The notes beneath the pieces were generated by a model, which saw nothing but the letters and a program-made list of their open reading frames with translations, had not been told where the DNA came from and did not search any database. From Arcobacteraceae bacterium (GTDB lineage Bacteria > Campylobacterota > Campylobacteria > Campylobacterales > Arcobacteraceae), in NCBI GenBank assembly GCA_048268245.1, contig JBLWVX010000011.1:1-64000 (forward strand): a DNA stretch of 64,000 bases, in the 5' to 3' direction. The position numbers and the translations under genes were made by a program. Positions 10,485 to 22,647 of the stretch are shown piece by piece. Position 1 is the stretch's first letter. Every line of letters starts with the position of its first letter.

Positions 10485-11372
10485 TTGATTACAATTAAAG
10501 AACTGGATATTTTTTTTAAACTTTGTGAAGATTCTCATATATCAAATCTTGCAAAACAAATAAATATGACTCAAGCAGCAATTTCATCAAGTCTTAATTC
10601 ATTAGAAAAAAAACTTGAAGAAAAACTTTTTGATAGAGTGGGAAAAAGACTTATATTAAATGAAAGAGGTAGGCTTTTTAAAGAGTACTCGTATAGTCCA
10701 TACTTAGAGCTTTTATATAGCACTGAAATATTTAACAATGATAAACTAAAAGGTAATCTAATAATAGCTTCAAGTAAAACTTTTAACTGTATTGATTTAT
10801 CTTTATATGTTTATGATTTTATATCAAAACATAATGTACAAATTACAAAACACTCAAATAACACAAAGCAAATCATTCAATCTATAGTCGATTCTTCAAT
10901 TGATATAGGTTTTATTGAAAATGAGTTTAATGACCCACATATAATAAAAGAAAAACTTAGTGATGATGAACTTATTGTTGTTAGCGCAAATGAACTTTAT
11001 GCAAAAGAGAACTACTTTATAGATGAGTTATATAAAATGAATTGGATTCTAAGGGAAAAAGGTTCAGCAACAAGAGAAATATTTTTAAATAAAATTCCAG
11101 ATCCTGCAAATATAAAAATAGCAATGGAAATATCAAATTTTGATGAGATAAAAAAGATTCTACTTCATGATAAAAATAGTATTACTTGTATCTCAAAACT
11201 TGCTGTTCAAAAAGAGCTAGAAGAGAAAAAACTATTTGCAATTGAGGTTAAGAATATAGATTTCAAAAGAGAACTTTTCATGATATATCATAGAGATAAA
11301 TATAAAAGCAAACTCTTTTTAGAATTCACTTCATATATAAGAGATTGTTTTTATAAAAACTTTTATGAATAA
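10485..11372 (+). CDS. LysR family regulator (YeiE/CysL-like)
   Basis: N-terminal HTH TQAAIS..L..LE..L..KLFDR; WILREKGSATR; TTG start. Confidence 0.88.
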   Translation: MITIKELDIFFKLCEDSHISNLAKQINMTQAAISSSLNSLEKKLEEKLFDRVGKRLILNERGRLFKEYSYSPYLELLYSTEIFNNDKLKGNLIIASSKTFNCIDLSLYVYDFISKHNVQITKHSNNTKQIIQSIVDSSIDIGFIENEFNDPHIIKEKLSDDELIVVSANELYAKENYFIDELYKMNWILREKGSATREIFLNKIPDPANIKIAMEISNFDEIKKILLHDKNSITCISKLAVQKELEEKKLFAIEVKNIDFKRELFMIYHRDKYKSKLFLEFTSYIRDCFYKNFYE

Positions 11373-11472
11373 TTACAAAGTGATTACGGTTACAATTTGA
11401 TTACATAAAAAAGAACATATATTTAGCAATAATTTGTCATGATTCGCTCAACATAATCATAAAAGGATATTC

Positions 11473-11685
11473 ATGACATTTATTCCAGTTTCAATACAAC
11501 TTTTACAAGCAGTAAAATCAAATAATGCAACAAAAGTTGAAGAGCTTATTTTAAACTCAGATACAAAAAGAGAACTTATTTTAGAACATGTTTCTCAAAA
11601 TGGTGAAAAATCTTTAGCTAGTTTACTTCCAAAGTTTAGAAGTAAAGGTTTAGTTTTAAATATTCAAACTTTATTGGATATTTAA
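11473..11685 (+). CDS. Small hypothetical protein
   Basis: AAGGA SD and 70-aa ORF. Confidence 0.6.
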   Translation: MTFIPVSIQLLQAVKSNNATKVEELILNSDTKRELILEHVSQNGEKSLASLLPKFRSKGLVLNIQTLLDI

Positions 11686-11688
11686 AAG

Positions 11689-12351
11689 CTAGGCTTTCTT
11701 TAGCCAAAGGCTAATTTCCTCTTTTCCTTTAGAACTTAAAGAATAAATACCCTTTCCAACTCTTTCAAACCAAGCATAATAGTTATTATACATAATATCT
11801 CTAGCTTTAGCTTCATCCAAATTTTTAGCTATAACTGAGGCTTTACTATCTCCATGTTCTTGCAAATATAAAGCAATTTTTAAAGCTTTTTGCCTATAAG
11901 AAGTAAGTACTCCTTTTTTACTAGCCATACCACCTAAATTTGGATCCCCAATTCTACTTTGAAACTCTGCTAAAAGTTTTTCTTTTTTTTGTTTTATTTT
12001 TCTTGGTTTATACTCAACTGGGTCTAATACAACTTCAACACTATTTTTAATAGGCTCTATTAAAATAAGACCAAAACCTAACATTTTTAGAAGTTTAATA
12101 GCTAGTTTTCTCTTTTTTTTTAAAGCTTTTGAATCCTTGGGAATACCTATATAAACTATAGATGATAAATTAAGTCTATCTACACTTTGAAGTAAAACAT
12201 CAAGATTTAAAGAGAGTTTCAACTCAACAATAAGAGGTTCTTCATCTTTTCTTATTGCTAGTACATCACAGCCACAAACTTCCCCTTTAACTTCATAGTT
12301 TTGTGCTTCCAAATATTGTTTTAAAGGTAGATATAAATCAGATTCTTTCAT
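11689..12351 (-). CDS. DUF2161 family putative PD-(D/E)XK protein
   Basis: MKESDLY.P.K..LE..YEVKGEV..CD, VELK, GDPN.GG, T.YRQ.AL and WFERV..GIY motifs. Confidence 0.85.
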   Translation of the reverse strand: MKESDLYLPLKQYLEAQNYEVKGEVCGCDVLAIRKDEEPLIVELKLSLNLDVLLQSVDRLNLSSIVYIGIPKDSKALKKKRKLAIKLLKMLGFGLILIEPIKNSVEVVLDPVEYKPRKIKQKKEKLLAEFQSRIGDPNLGGMASKKGVLTSYRQKALKIALYLQEHGDSKASVIAKNLDEAKARDIMYNNYYAWFERVGKGIYSLSSKGKEEISLWLKKA

Positions 12352-12597
12352 AATTGTTCTTTTATAGTAAATTTTATGAAATATAGTATATAAAAATCAC
12401 TTAATTAGCTTTGTAGTTAGAGACATTGTAATAAAAATATAATGCTTAGAACATATAACAATAAAAGGAGTTATCATATGTTCTAGCTATCAGTTTTTTG
12501 TTGCAGAATTTTTACTTATTTTTATGATTTGAGTTTTAACTAATTTAAATTATTAGCCTATGTATAGATTGACTTTTAAATATAATCTGTCCAAAAT

Positions 12598-13281
12598 TTA
12601 AAGTTCATACTTATTTTTATTAAACTTATTACTAATATCGTAACAAAATTTAGTAAAATTTGATTTGATTTTTAACATGTTTTTATTTATAAACTCTCTA
12701 AGAATATAGCAGCAAACTTCTTTATCTTTTTTTTCTTGTAACAGTTTTTTATGAACATCAATTGAATAATCAAGTAGTTCTTTTGCTTCTTTATAAGGTT
12801 TGCCTATTTCATTAAGTAAATTAATTTCATCATTTAAATTAAAATTTTTAATACCATCTCTATTGTGAGAATATCTAAAACTGACAGAATACTTATCTAA
12901 CTCAATAATCTTATCATTAAGTTTTTTTAAATTTTTAAAATATAACTTGATTTTATTTTTTAGCTCATCATCAGAATTTATAAAAGTAGAAATACTTTCA
13001 TCAAAATGTTTTTTAAATGAACAATACAATTTGTTTAAATCATGTGTTGCGTATAATTTACTTACTAATTCATTAGTGTTTGAATAATCTTTAAAATATT
13101 CAATATTATATTTAAAGGACAACTCTAAATAATGTCTTAGTAAATATATTAGAGGTATATCACATAGCTTAGATTGTGAAATTATTTCACTTCTATTATT
13201 ATATAAATATTCAAAAGCATCTTGATATTGCAAAGCATATGACGTATTAGTTGTAGAAATTGTACCGATATAAGATTTCAT
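12598..13281 (-). CDS. Hypothetical protein, HEPN-like helical family
   Basis: PL.YLLRHYLELS.K, THDL..L and D..S.SFRY pattern. Confidence 0.55.
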   Translation of the reverse strand: MKSYIGTISTTNTSYALQYQDAFEYLYNNRSEIISQSKLCDIPLIYLLRHYLELSFKYNIEYFKDYSNTNELVSKLYATHDLNKLYCSFKKHFDESISTFINSDDELKNKIKLYFKNLKKLNDKIIELDKYSVSFRYSHNRDGIKNFNLNDEINLLNEIGKPYKEAKELLDYSIDVHKKLLQEKKDKEVCCYILREFINKNMLKIKSNFTKFCYDISNKFNKNKYEL

Positions 13282-13299
13282 TAGCTTTCCTAAGATATA

Positions 13300-13327
13300 A
13301 AGAAAGATTCTTTACAGAATCTTTCTT
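13300..13327 (-). terminator. Hairpin downstream of purH
   Basis: AAGAAAGATTCT-TTAC-AGAATCTTTCTT inverted repeat. Confidence 0.65.
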
Positions 13328-13340
13328 CTATAATTTGAGA

Positions 13341-14873
13341 TTAATGTAAAAAGTGTCTTTTATTTGAGAAATAAAGCGCCATTCCAAATTCATTAGCAGC
13401 TTCAATAATCTCATCATCTCTGATAGAACCACCTGGTTCAATTACACACTTAACACCAGCTTCTTGTGCAGCGTCAATTGAATCTCTAAATGGGAAGAAT
13501 GCTTCAGATGCTAAAGCAGCACCAGTTACATCAATACCTAAATCTTCTGCTTTTCTTAATGCAGCTTTTGCAGCGTCAACTCTTGAAGTCATACCCATAC
13601 CAACAGCAACCATTGCAGAATCTTTTACGTATACAACACAGTTTGATTTAGTTAATGAAGCCACTTTATAAGCAATCTCCATATCTTTTTTCTCTTGTGC
13701 AGTAGCTTCTCTAGTTGATTTTAATTCAGAGTTTGCAACTTCATCATCTTCAACTTTATCAGCATCTTGGAATACAAAACCACCATCAACTATTTTAAAG
13801 TTAATATCATCATTTGCCATTTCAAGTTTTGTTGTACCTTGTTTAAATAGTTTGATTCTTTTCTTTTTATTTAACTCTTCTTCTGCTTCAGGAGTGAAAT
13901 CAGCAGCAAATACCACTTCTAAGAAGATTTCATTCATTTTAACAGCTAAGGGTAAATCAACGATACCATTAACAGCAACTACTCCACCAAATGCAGAGAT
14001 TGGGTCACATCTTAAAGCTTGCTCATAAGACTCTAATAATGTATCTTTAATAGCAAAACCACATGGATTTCCATGTTTTACGATACATACAGCATTTTCA
14101 TCACCAAAAGCAGATGCAATTTTTGCAGCTCCCGAAATATCACCCATATTATTAAATGATGCTTCACCTTTTAAAGTGATAAATTTATTAGATAAGTGCT
14201 TATCAAACTCATATAATGCACCTTTTTGATGAGGGTTTTCACCATATCTAGTATCAAATACTTTTTCACCAACGATGAATTGTTTATCACCCATACCATT
14301 GTTGAATCTTTTGTTCATATAATTAGCAATCATAGAGTCATAAGCAGCAGTATGCTCATAAGCTTTAATCATCATATCTCTTCTGAACTCTTGAGTATTT
14401 GAATCGTTTTTTAAGTTATTAAGAACTAAGTCATAATCAGCTACGTCTGTTACAATAATAACAGAATCATGGTTTTTTGCTGCAGATCTAACCATAGCAG
14501 GTCCACCAATATCAATGTTTTCAATAATCTCTTCGAAATCATCAGTTTTTTCAATAGTAGCTTTGAATGGATATAAATTAACACATACCAAATCAATACC
14601 TTCTACACCTAACTCTTTTGCTTGATCTAAGTGTGATTGTTTATCTCTTCTATGTAAGATACCACCATGAATATATGGATTTAAAGTTTTAACTCTACCT
14701 TCAAAACACTCTGGGAATTTAGTAACTTCATTTGCTTCAATTACTGCAATTCCTGCTTCTTTTAATTTATTATAAGTACCACCTGTTGAAATAATCTCAT
14801 AACCTAAAGATACTAACTCTTTTGCAAAGTTTTCAACACCACTTTTATCACTTACAGATATTAATGCTCTCAT
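13341..14873 (-). CDS. purH: Bifunctional AICAR transformylase / IMP cyclohydrolase
   Basis: [39 protein letters not shown] and RHFLH motifs. Confidence 0.97.
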   Translation of the reverse strand: MRALISVSDKSGVENFAKELVSLGYEIISTGGTYNKLKEAGIAVIEANEVTKFPECFEGRVKTLNPYIHGGILHRRDKQSHLDQAKELGVEGIDLVCVNLYPFKATIEKTDDFEEIIENIDIGGPAMVRSAAKNHDSVIIVTDVADYDLVLNNLKNDSNTQEFRRDMMIKAYEHTAAYDSMIANYMNKRFNNGMGDKQFIVGEKVFDTRYGENPHQKGALYEFDKHLSNKFITLKGEASFNNMGDISGAAKIASAFGDENAVCIVKHGNPCGFAIKDTLLESYEQALRCDPISAFGGVVAVNGIVDLPLAVKMNEIFLEVVFAADFTPEAEEELNKKKRIKLFKQGTTKLEMANDDINFKIVDGGFVFQDADKVEDDEVANSELKSTREATAQEKKDMEIAYKVASLTKSNCVVYVKDSAMVAVGMGMTSRVDAAKAALRKAEDLGIDVTGAALASEAFFPFRDSIDAAQEAGVKCVIEPGGSIRDDEIIEAANEFGMALYFSNKRHFLH

Positions 14874-14912
14874 TTAAATTTTTCCTTGTTAAATTGTAAA
14901 TATTAATAAAAT

Positions 14913-14946
14913 AAAAAAAGCCAGACTCTGTTTAGAGTCTGGCTTT
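14913..14946 (-). terminator. Intrinsic terminator after purL
   Basis: AAAGCCAGACTCT-GTTT-AGAGTCTGGCTTT; the A-run gives a U-tail on the minus strand. Confidence 0.8.
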
Positions 14947-14958
14947 AGGCTTGTTTGA

Positions 14959-17172
14959 TTATAAGTCTTGCTCGATTACTTGCTTAAACTTATTGAAATA
15001 AACATCAGACATATCATCTAACTCTTTAGAAATGTCATTGATTGAGAATTTATCAGTACCAACAGTACCAATTTTATTACACTCAATACCTTGTGCAGAT
15101 GCTACAGCTTCAAACGCAGCTGCATTTTCAGGCTTAACTTCTACAATAGCTCTTGATAAAGACTCAGCAAAAATATCTTTTGAATCATTTAAAGAGATAT
15201 TTGCTTCAACACCTTTTTTACCAACTACAGCCATTTTAGCTAAAGCAATAGCAATACCACCAACATTAACATCTTTAGCAGCTTTTACTAAACCATCTTT
15301 GTTAGCTTCAATTACAGTATTCCATAAAGAAAGTTCTTTTTTGAAATCAACTTCTGGGTGTGCTCCTGCTACTTGACCATACATTTTTTTCATATATAAA
15401 GATCCACCAAATTCAGCTTTAGTTTCACCTAATAGATAAACTATATTTCCTTCTTCTTGGAAAGAAGATGGAACTACTTTATTTGCATCATCATTTACAC
15501 CAACCATAGCAATTGCTGGAGTTGGGAATACACCAACACCATTTGTTTCATTATATAATGATACGTTTCCACCAATTACAGGTGTGTTAAGTTCAGCACA
15601 AGCTTTTTTGATACCTTCACAAGCTTGAGCAAATTGCCACATAACCTCTGGGTTTTGTGGGTTACCAAAGTTAAGACAATCAGTAATAGCTTTTGGAGTT
15701 GCTCCTGTCATAGCTACATTTCTTCCTGATTCCATAACAGCTGCAGCAGCACCTAGTTCAGGGTTAATATAACACTGTCTTGTATTACAATCAGCAGACA
15801 TTGCTAAAGCTTTTCCATTCTCTTTAACTCTAATTACAGAACCATCATTTTGACCTGGACCTTTAACAGTGTTTGTTTGTACCATTGAATCATATTGGTT
15901 ATAAACCCATGATTTATCAACTACTTCCATATCTGAGAATAACTCTTCAAATACTTCTTGGTTTGATAATTCTTTATCTAAAACAATATCTTCAATACCA
16001 TCTAAATATGCAGGTTTTTGTACAGGTCTATCTAATACAGGAGATTGTTCAGATACAGGCTGAACAGGAACTTCTGCACATTTTTCACCATGCCAGAATA
16101 ATTCCATATTTCCAGTAGCAGTAACTTCACCAATTACAGCAACATCTAATTCCCATTTTTCAAAAATATCAATAATTGCTTGCTCACTACCTTTTTTAGC
16201 ACAAATAAGCATTCTTTCTTGCGATTCTGAAAGCATGAAATCATAAGGAGTCATTCCTTCTTCTCTTGCAGGAACTTTATCTAAATGCATAATCATACCA
16301 GAACCAGATCTTCCTGCCATTTCAAATGAAGATGAAGTAAGACCAGCAGCACCCATATCTTGAATACCAATAATTAAATCTTCTTTAAATAACTCTAAAC
16401 AAGCTTCTAAAAGTAATTTTTCAGTAAATGGATCACCAACTTGAACAGTTGGTCTTTTAGACTCAGAATCTTCATCAAATGAAGCAGAACTCATAACAGC
16501 TCCACCAAGTCCATCTCTACCAGTTTTTGAACCTACATACATTACTGGGTTCCCAATACCTTCAGCTTTACCATAGAAGATTTCATCAGCTTTTGCGATA
16601 CCTAAGTTAAATGCATTTACAAGATTGTTTCCTGCATAACACTCTTCGAAGTTAGTTTGTCCACCAATAGTTGGAACTCCCATACAGTTACCGTATCCAC
16701 CAATACCAGCAACAACACCTCTTAATAAATATCTGTGTTTCTTAGCAGTTTCACTATCACCTTCAATTCCAGCAAATTGAATTAAGTTCATAGATGCAAC
16801 AGGTCTAGCACCCATTGTAAATACGTCTCTCATAATTCCACCAACACCAGTAGCAGCACCTTGGTATGGTTCAATAAATGATGGATGGTTGTGTGATTCC
16901 ATTTTAAATACAGCAGCATATCCATCACCGATGTCAATAACACCAGCATTTTCACCTGGACCTTGGATAACCCATGGAGCTTTTGTTGGGAATCCTCTTA
17001 AGTATTTTGTACTAGATTTGTATGAACAGTGTTCAGACCACATCGCAGAAAAGATACCAATTTCAACATGGTTTGGATCTCTTCCTAAGATTTCTTTTAT
17101 ATTCTCTAATTCTTCAAGTGTCAAAGAGTGTGCAAGTGCCATCTCTTCTAGGTTCATCTCTTTATTTTGCAT
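14959..17172 (-). CDS. purL: Phosphoribosylformylglycinamidine synthase subunit PurL
   Basis: [32 protein letters not shown] and GGNVSLYN motifs. Confidence 0.97.
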   Translation of the reverse strand: MQNKEMNLEEMALAHSLTLEELENIKEILGRDPNHVEIGIFSAMWSEHCSYKSSTKYLRGFPTKAPWVIQGPGENAGVIDIGDGYAAVFKMESHNHPSFIEPYQGAATGVGGIMRDVFTMGARPVASMNLIQFAGIEGDSETAKKHRYLLRGVVAGIGGYGNCMGVPTIGGQTNFEECYAGNNLVNAFNLGIAKADEIFYGKAEGIGNPVMYVGSKTGRDGLGGAVMSSASFDEDSESKRPTVQVGDPFTEKLLLEACLELFKEDLIIGIQDMGAAGLTSSSFEMAGRSGSGMIMHLDKVPAREEGMTPYDFMLSESQERMLICAKKGSEQAIIDIFEKWELDVAVIGEVTATGNMELFWHGEKCAEVPVQPVSEQSPVLDRPVQKPAYLDGIEDIVLDKELSNQEVFEELFSDMEVVDKSWVYNQYDSMVQTNTVKGPGQNDGSVIRVKENGKALAMSADCNTRQCYINPELGAAAAVMESGRNVAMTGATPKAITDCLNFGNPQNPEVMWQFAQACEGIKKACAELNTPVIGGNVSLYNETNGVGVFPTPAIAMVGVNDDANKVVPSSFQEEGNIVYLLGETKAEFGGSLYMKKMYGQVAGAHPEVDFKKELSLWNTVIEANKDGLVKAAKDVNVGGIAIALAKMAVVGKKGVEANISLNDSKDIFAESLSRAIVEVKPENAAAFEAVASAQGIECNKIGTVGTDKFSINDISKELDDMSDVYFNKFKQVIEQDL

Positions 17173-17237
17173 TTTTCGCCTTAAAATATGGTTATTAAGT
17201 AAGCGTGATTATATCCAAAAAAGAGTTAAACTATGTT

Positions 17238-18239
17238 TTAGTCTTCAAATAAAATTTTCATTTTCCCATTAACTAGCTCTACGATTAGTTCTTTATTACC
17301 TATAAATTTTAAAGTATCACTTTTATAATATTGATTCATAAAAACTTTAAACAGTCTTTTATTTAAAGAGTTTGGATAAACATAAATATTTATATCTGAA
17401 AACCTTATGATTTTATCTTCATCTTTTGAGAAAACTCTTTTTTTGTATTTTGAAAACTCTTCTATTTGCATTCCATTATATCTTTTAAACTCATTTGAAT
17501 AAAAGGCTAAATAATCATCAATTTTTGAGTATTTCCATGTTAATTTCCATTGATTAATTGAAGATAAGATTATTGCTAGTTCATCTTTTGAAGCTTCTAC
17601 AAACTCTTCTTCACTTGTTATTAAAACTGAGTCTTCTAAATCAATTTTACTTTCTAAATCAAGAAGTTTTTCATTATCTAAGGCAATACAACCTTTTGTG
17701 TACTCTTCTCTATCTCCATTTAAAGGCATACCATGTATCCAAATACCATGACCTTTTTTGTTTTGACTTTTATCAAAGTTATTAGGATAAGAAGTTACAA
17801 GTGCAAAAGGACCATAAAACTGATCTAAATCAGTTCTTTTTCTTGTTAGGTCATATACACCAATAGGAGTTTTTTTATCTCCTTCAAGATATTTATCTCC
17901 ATCAATCTCACCTGTAATAACATCATCTTCAAAAAACCTTGTAAGTTTCATATTTTTATTCTCATATAAAAACAATTTTTTTGCTTTTTTATTTAAATGT
18001 AAAGTATATCTTTTACTCTCTAAATAACCAAATTTCGTATCATAATTTTTTAATGTTTCTTGCCAATAATCTTTTTGGGCAAGTCGTTTTTCAAGCTCCA
18101 ACTCTACGGCAGCAATACCTTCAAGACGGTATAAGTCTATCAATTTATTTGCAAAAACACTTGTAGTAAATAAGAAAGAAATTAAAAATAATAATCTAAA
18201 CAAAAATAACTCCGTAATATAATTTTTTAAGTTGTGCAA
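17238..18239 (-). CDS. L,D-transpeptidase/carboxypeptidase (Csd6/Pgp2-like)
   Basis: YkuD motifs EGDKKTPIG.Y and GIWIHG...TKGCIA; C-terminal NTF2-like region; exact start uncertain. Confidence 0.85.
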   Translation of the reverse strand: MHNLKNYITELFLFRLLFLISFLFTTSVFANKLIDLYRLEGIAAVELELEKRLAQKDYWQETLKNYDTKFGYLESKRYTLHLNKKAKKLFLYENKNMKLTRFFEDDVITGEIDGDKYLEGDKKTPIGVYDLTRKRTDLDQFYGPFALVTSYPNNFDKSQNKKGHGIWIHGMPLNGDREEYTKGCIALDNEKLLDLESKIDLEDSVLITSEEEFVEASKDELAIILSSINQWKLTWKYSKIDDYLAFYSNEFKRYNGMQIEEFSKYKKRVFSKDEDKIIRFSDINIYVYPNSLNKRLFKVFMNQYYKSDTLKFIGNKELIVELVNGKMKILFED

Positions 18240-18272
18240 TTGTATAATGATACTCCTAATTTTTAAATAAAA

Positions 18273-19466
18273 GTGAATATATCCGTGAAAAAAATCATTA
18301 TTAGTTTGTTATTTGTTATAAATTTTTTATTTGGTACAGAAGTAAAAGAGTTGCCTTGGCCAAAAGGTGAAACGTTTTTAACTTTTTTAGAAAAGTATTC
18401 TATTCCTCAAAAACTCTATTTTGATTTAGAAAAAGAAGATAAAGAATTATGTTCAGAAATAAGAGCTGAAAATAGATTTTATTTATATGAAAATGAAGAT
18501 GGCACATTAAATCAAGTTTTAATTCCAGTCTCAGAAGAGATACAACTTCATATTTATAAAGATGTAGATAATACATATAAATTTCAAACTTTACCTATAA
18601 ATTATACGGAGTTTACAGAAACTATTATTGTTCCTATTACAAACTCTGTATCATATGATTTACAAAAAGCAACTGGAAACGCAGCAATTTCTGCACAGAT
18701 AAAAGCACTATTTAATGATGTTAATTTTAGAGGTATGCAAAAAGGTGACAATGTAGCTGTTAAATACTCTCAAAAAGTATTACTAGGAAAAGCACTTGGC
18801 CTACCTGATATAAAATCTGCTATGGTTGAAGTAGCAGGAAAAAAACATTATAGATTCAAAAATGAAAAAGATGAAAAATACTACAATGAAAAAGGTGTAG
18901 GTTTTACAAAAACTTACTTTTTTAGAATACCACTTACTTACAAAAGAATTTCAAGTCATTTTACTAAAAAAAGATGGCACCCTGTACTTAAGAGATATAG
19001 AGCTCATTTAGGAACAGATTTTGCAGCACCAACAGGAAGAAAAATCTATGCAGCAGGAGATGGTATAGTTGAATTTGTAGGAAGACGAGGTGGATATGGA
19101 AAAACTATTATAATTAACCACAGAAATGGATATAAAACTCTTTATGCTCATCAAAATAGATTTAATAAAAGTATTAGAAGAGGTCAAAAAGTAAAAAAAG
19201 GTCAACATATTGGTTATGTAGGAAGTACAGGACTTAGTTCAGGACCTCACTTACACCTTGGTTTATACAAAAATGGAAGAGCTGTTAATTCTTTAAAAGT
19301 TATTAGAAAACCTGATACAAAAGGATTAAAAGGAAAAGCTAAACAAACATTTATAGCAAATGCTAAGCTAAAAATTGATGAAATAAATGCAAGAATAGAA
19401 AATAAAGATACAATAGAACCAACTAGATTAGATAGAATATCATACAAAAGTGACTTAAAAATCTAA
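18273..19466 (+). CDS. M23 peptidoglycan DD-metalloendopeptidase (Csd3-like)
   Basis: H.GTDFAA, YAH and STGLSSGPHLH motifs; start may be GTG 18285. Confidence 0.9.
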   Translation: MNISVKKIIISLLFVINFLFGTEVKELPWPKGETFLTFLEKYSIPQKLYFDLEKEDKELCSEIRAENRFYLYENEDGTLNQVLIPVSEEIQLHIYKDVDNTYKFQTLPINYTEFTETIIVPITNSVSYDLQKATGNAAISAQIKALFNDVNFRGMQKGDNVAVKYSQKVLLGKALGLPDIKSAMVEVAGKKHYRFKNEKDEKYYNEKGVGFTKTYFFRIPLTYKRISSHFTKKRWHPVLKRYRAHLGTDFAAPTGRKIYAAGDGIVEFVGRRGGYGKTIIINHRNGYKTLYAHQNRFNKSIRRGQKVKKGQHIGYVGSTGLSSGPHLHLGLYKNGRAVNSLKVIRKPDTKGLKGKAKQTFIANAKLKIDEINARIENKDTIEPTRLDRISYKSDLKI

Positions 19467-19492
19467 ATAAACTCAAAAGTAAGGAGTCCATT

Positions 19493-20845
19493 ATGCCTCA
19501 TGAAGAAGTTATAATAACTGACCCAAACAAACTAATAGAGAGCTTTGACTCTCTACACCCCACAGATATTGCAAACTCCTTAAAAAAAATAGAAAAAGAT
19601 AGTGTTGATGACTTCTTTTTTGTTCTTAAAAAAGTTCCAGATGAATTACTAGGAGAAGTTTTACTTGAACTTCCTGATAATCTAAGAGAGTTAGCTTATG
19701 AAGAGCTATCTATTAAAAAACTTACAGATGCAGTTGAAGAACTTGAATCAGATGACCAAACAGACTTAATTTTAGAACTTGAAGAAATAGATGAAGAAAA
19801 AGCAAAAGAGATTTATGATGGTCTAGAAGAAGAAGACCAAAAAGATATTGACTGGCTTAAAAAGTATGAGGAAGATGAAGCTGGTGCTTATATGCAAACG
19901 GAGCTTTTCTCAGCTAGTCTTGATGAGACAATCGGGGATTCAGTAAAAAGGCTAAAAGAAGCTAAAGCCTCTGATGAAGTAGAAAACATTCATCAAGTTT
20001 TTGTAATAGATGAAAATAGGATATTAATAGCCTCAATACTTTTAGAAGATTTAATCATTTTTGACTTCAATAAAACATATGATGAGATTTTAAAGACAGA
20101 TGAGAATAGGTTTAAACCCTTTAAAGTTGATGACCATGAACATATTGATAATGTAGCTAAGCAATTTGAGCAATATGACTTATCTGTAGTTGCAGTAACT
20201 GGATACCAAGGTATCTTAATGGGTAGAATTACTTCAGATGATATTTTAGATGTAATTGAAGAGAATGCAACAGAACAAATGTATCAATTAGCAGGGGTTG
20301 ATGATGATTTTGAGCATGAAGACAAACTATCAACTACAGCTAAGAAAAGAGCATTTTGGCTGTTTTTAAATTTAGGAACTGCTATTTTAGCATCTTTAGT
20401 AATTGGCTTATTTGATGAAACAATTCAAGCTTATGTTGCACTAGCTATTTTAATGCCAATAGTTGCATCAATGGGTGGAAATGCTGGTACTCAAACTTTA
20501 GCCGTTATGGTTAGACAGTTAGCCTTAGGTGATATTGAACTTGAGAATGCAAAAGATGCAGTAAAAAAAGAAGTGGTCATATCTTTAATAAATGGTTTTT
20601 TATTCGCAGTTATAATGGGAATAATCGCATGGCTTTGGTTTGATACAAAACTTCTTGGTTTAGTAATTGCTATGTCAATGGTAATAAATCTATTTAGTGC
20701 TGGTTTCTTTGGTGCAGCAATACCGCTTATATTAAAAAGATTTGATATAGACCCAGCTATTGGAAGTACAGTATTACTTACAACAGTAACAGATATTGTA
20801 GGCTTCTTTAGTTTCTTAATGCTTGCAAAAGTAATACTACTATAA
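19493..20845 (+). CDS. mgtE: Magnesium transporter MgtE
   Basis: Acidic N-domain, CBS pair, MGGNAGTQ and DPA..S...LTT.TD motifs. Confidence 0.95.
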   Translation: MPHEEVIITDPNKLIESFDSLHPTDIANSLKKIEKDSVDDFFFVLKKVPDELLGEVLLELPDNLRELAYEELSIKKLTDAVEELESDDQTDLILELEEIDEEKAKEIYDGLEEEDQKDIDWLKKYEEDEAGAYMQTELFSASLDETIGDSVKRLKEAKASDEVENIHQVFVIDENRILIASILLEDLIIFDFNKTYDEILKTDENRFKPFKVDDHEHIDNVAKQFEQYDLSVVAVTGYQGILMGRITSDDILDVIEENATEQMYQLAGVDDDFEHEDKLSTTAKKRAFWLFLNLGTAILASLVIGLFDETIQAYVALAILMPIVASMGGNAGTQTLAVMVRQLALGDIELENAKDAVKKEVVISLINGFLFAVIMGIIAWLWFDTKLLGLVIAMSMVINLFSAGFFGAAIPLILKRFDIDPAIGSTVLLTTVTDIVGFFSFLMLAKVILL

Positions 20846-20865
20846 AAGGTTACCCTTTTATAGTA
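20838..20865. terminator. Hairpin between convergent mgtE and folE
   Basis: TACTATAAAAGG-TTAC-CCTTTTATAGTA inverted repeat. Confidence 0.7.
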
Positions 20866-20868
20866 AAC

Positions 20869-21441
20869 TTATTTATGAAAAGAGTTTTTAACTATTGATA
20901 AGAACTCATCTTTAGTTTTCTTATTTGTTTTAAATAATCCTCTTAAAGCAGATGTAACTGTAGTAGAATTGATTTTTTGAACCCCTCTCATTTCCATACA
21001 CATATGTCTTGCATCAATAATAACTGCAACACCTTTTGGTTTTAAGTGTTCATTTAAAGCATCACAGATTTGTTCTGTTAGCTGCTCTTGGATTTGTAAT
21101 CTTCTAGCAAACACATCTACAACTCTTGGAATTTTTGAAAGTCCAACAACTTTTCCATCTGGAATGTAAGCCACATGAGCTTTTCCAATAATAGGAAGCA
21201 TATGATGTTCACATTGAGAGTAAAATTCTATATCTTTTACCACTACCATCTCATCATTTGTTGATGTAAATAATGCTTTTTGAAGAATCTCTTTTGGATC
21301 TTGATTATAACCACCACACATAAATTCATATGCTTTTCTAACTCTACTTGGTGTGTCAATTAAACCTTCTCTTGAAGGATCTTCTCCTACATACTCTAAT
21401 ACTTTTTTTATTGATTCTTCAAATTCTTCTTTTGTAACCAT
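20869..21441 (-). CDS. folE: GTP cyclohydrolase I
   Basis: CEHHMLP, GLSKIPR, RRLQIQE and HMCMEMRG motifs. Confidence 0.97.
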   Translation of the reverse strand: MVTKEEFEESIKKVLEYVGEDPSREGLIDTPSRVRKAYEFMCGGYNQDPKEILQKALFTSTNDEMVVVKDIEFYSQCEHHMLPIIGKAHVAYIPDGKVVGLSKIPRVVDVFARRLQIQEQLTEQICDALNEHLKPKGVAVIIDARHMCMEMRGVQKINSTTVTSALRGLFKTNKKTKDEFLSIVKNSFHK

Positions 21442-21453
21442 AATAATATTCCT

Positions 21454-22647
21454 TTAGTTCTTCATCATACTTCCCATATCCCATATTGGTATAAAAATTG
21501 CTAATATTATCCATAAGACTAAACTTACTATGACTATTAAAAATATAGGTTCTATATATGATATAAACTTTTTCATTTTTTCATCAAATCTATTTTTATA
21601 AATATCTTTTATTTCTTTAGATATTAAAGTTAAACTATTTGAAGCTTCTGCTGTATTAATCAAGTTTAACACTAGAGAATCAAATATATTTGATCTTTTA
21701 AATGATAGATTGATACTCTTACCATTTTTTAATAGATTTTCAATGAGCGATATTTTATCTAAAAGGTATTTATTTCTTATTAAAGTTTTTGATGAATTTA
21801 AAGCTTTTATAAATTCATAGTTTGATTCAAGCATTATATTTATTACTAAAAAAATACGATATAACTGCATAAATGAGTATAAGTCCCTTATAAAATATAT
21901 ATCTTTAAACAGCAATTTTGATAGCAGATATTCGAACTCTTTATTTTTCAAATAAAAATATATAACTAGAAAAACTATAGATAAAAATAGCAATATTAAG
22001 TAAACAAAATAAGACATATATAAAGTATGGATATTAAATAAAGTTTTTGTTGCAAAGGGCAATGATTCATAGTTATTTACAAATATAACTTTAAACTTTG
22101 GAACAACAAAATAGAAAATGATATTTATTGATAAAAATAAAGATATTAAAAGTATAAATGGATACCTTATAGCTTTTGAAAAATCTTTTTTTATTTTTAA
22201 TTCTTCTTTTAAAAGCATAGATAATGCATTGATATTTGCATTAATATTTCCATTTTTTTGGCATAATTTTAGAAAAGAAACAATATAAATATCGATACGA
22301 TAATCTTTAAAAATATTATCTATACTATCTAAACCTAAAAGTGCTTTTTTTAAATCTTCAATAAATCTTTTAAATTTTTCTTCTTTATAGTTTTGAGTCA
22401 AGATACCCAAAGCATCATTTAACATTAGATTTGCTTGTAGCATTATATTTAATTCATAAAATATAGAGATTAAAACATTTTTGTCAATCTTTATTTTGGA
22501 TTTAAAGATATTCAAATCTTTTTTTTCATTTATAGGTTTTATTGTAAGTATTTTACTAGGTAAACTCTCTTCTTGTAAGTTTGAACTCTCTATTATTTTC
22601 GTTTTTACTCTATTTTCATCTTGATAAGTTATTTTATACTTTTTCAT
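21454..22647 (-). CDS. Type II secretion / competence platform protein (GspF/PilC/CtsF family)
   Basis: Two T2SSF-like halves, AIRYP and IEP..L motifs, TM helices; adjacent to the GspE gene. Confidence 0.85.
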   Translation of the reverse strand: MKKYKITYQDENRVKTKIIESSNLQEESLPSKILTIKPINEKKDLNIFKSKIKIDKNVLISIFYELNIMLQANLMLNDALGILTQNYKEEKFKRFIEDLKKALLGLDSIDNIFKDYRIDIYIVSFLKLCQKNGNINANINALSMLLKEELKIKKDFSKAIRYPFILLISLFLSINIIFYFVVPKFKVIFVNNYESLPFATKTLFNIHTLYMSYFVYLILLFLSIVFLVIYFYLKNKEFEYLLSKLLFKDIYFIRDLYSFMQLYRIFLVINIMLESNYEFIKALNSSKTLIRNKYLLDKISLIENLLKNGKSINLSFKRSNIFDSLVLNLINTAEASNSLTLISKEIKDIYKNRFDEKMKKFISYIEPIFLIVIVSLVLWIILAIFIPIWDMGSMMKN

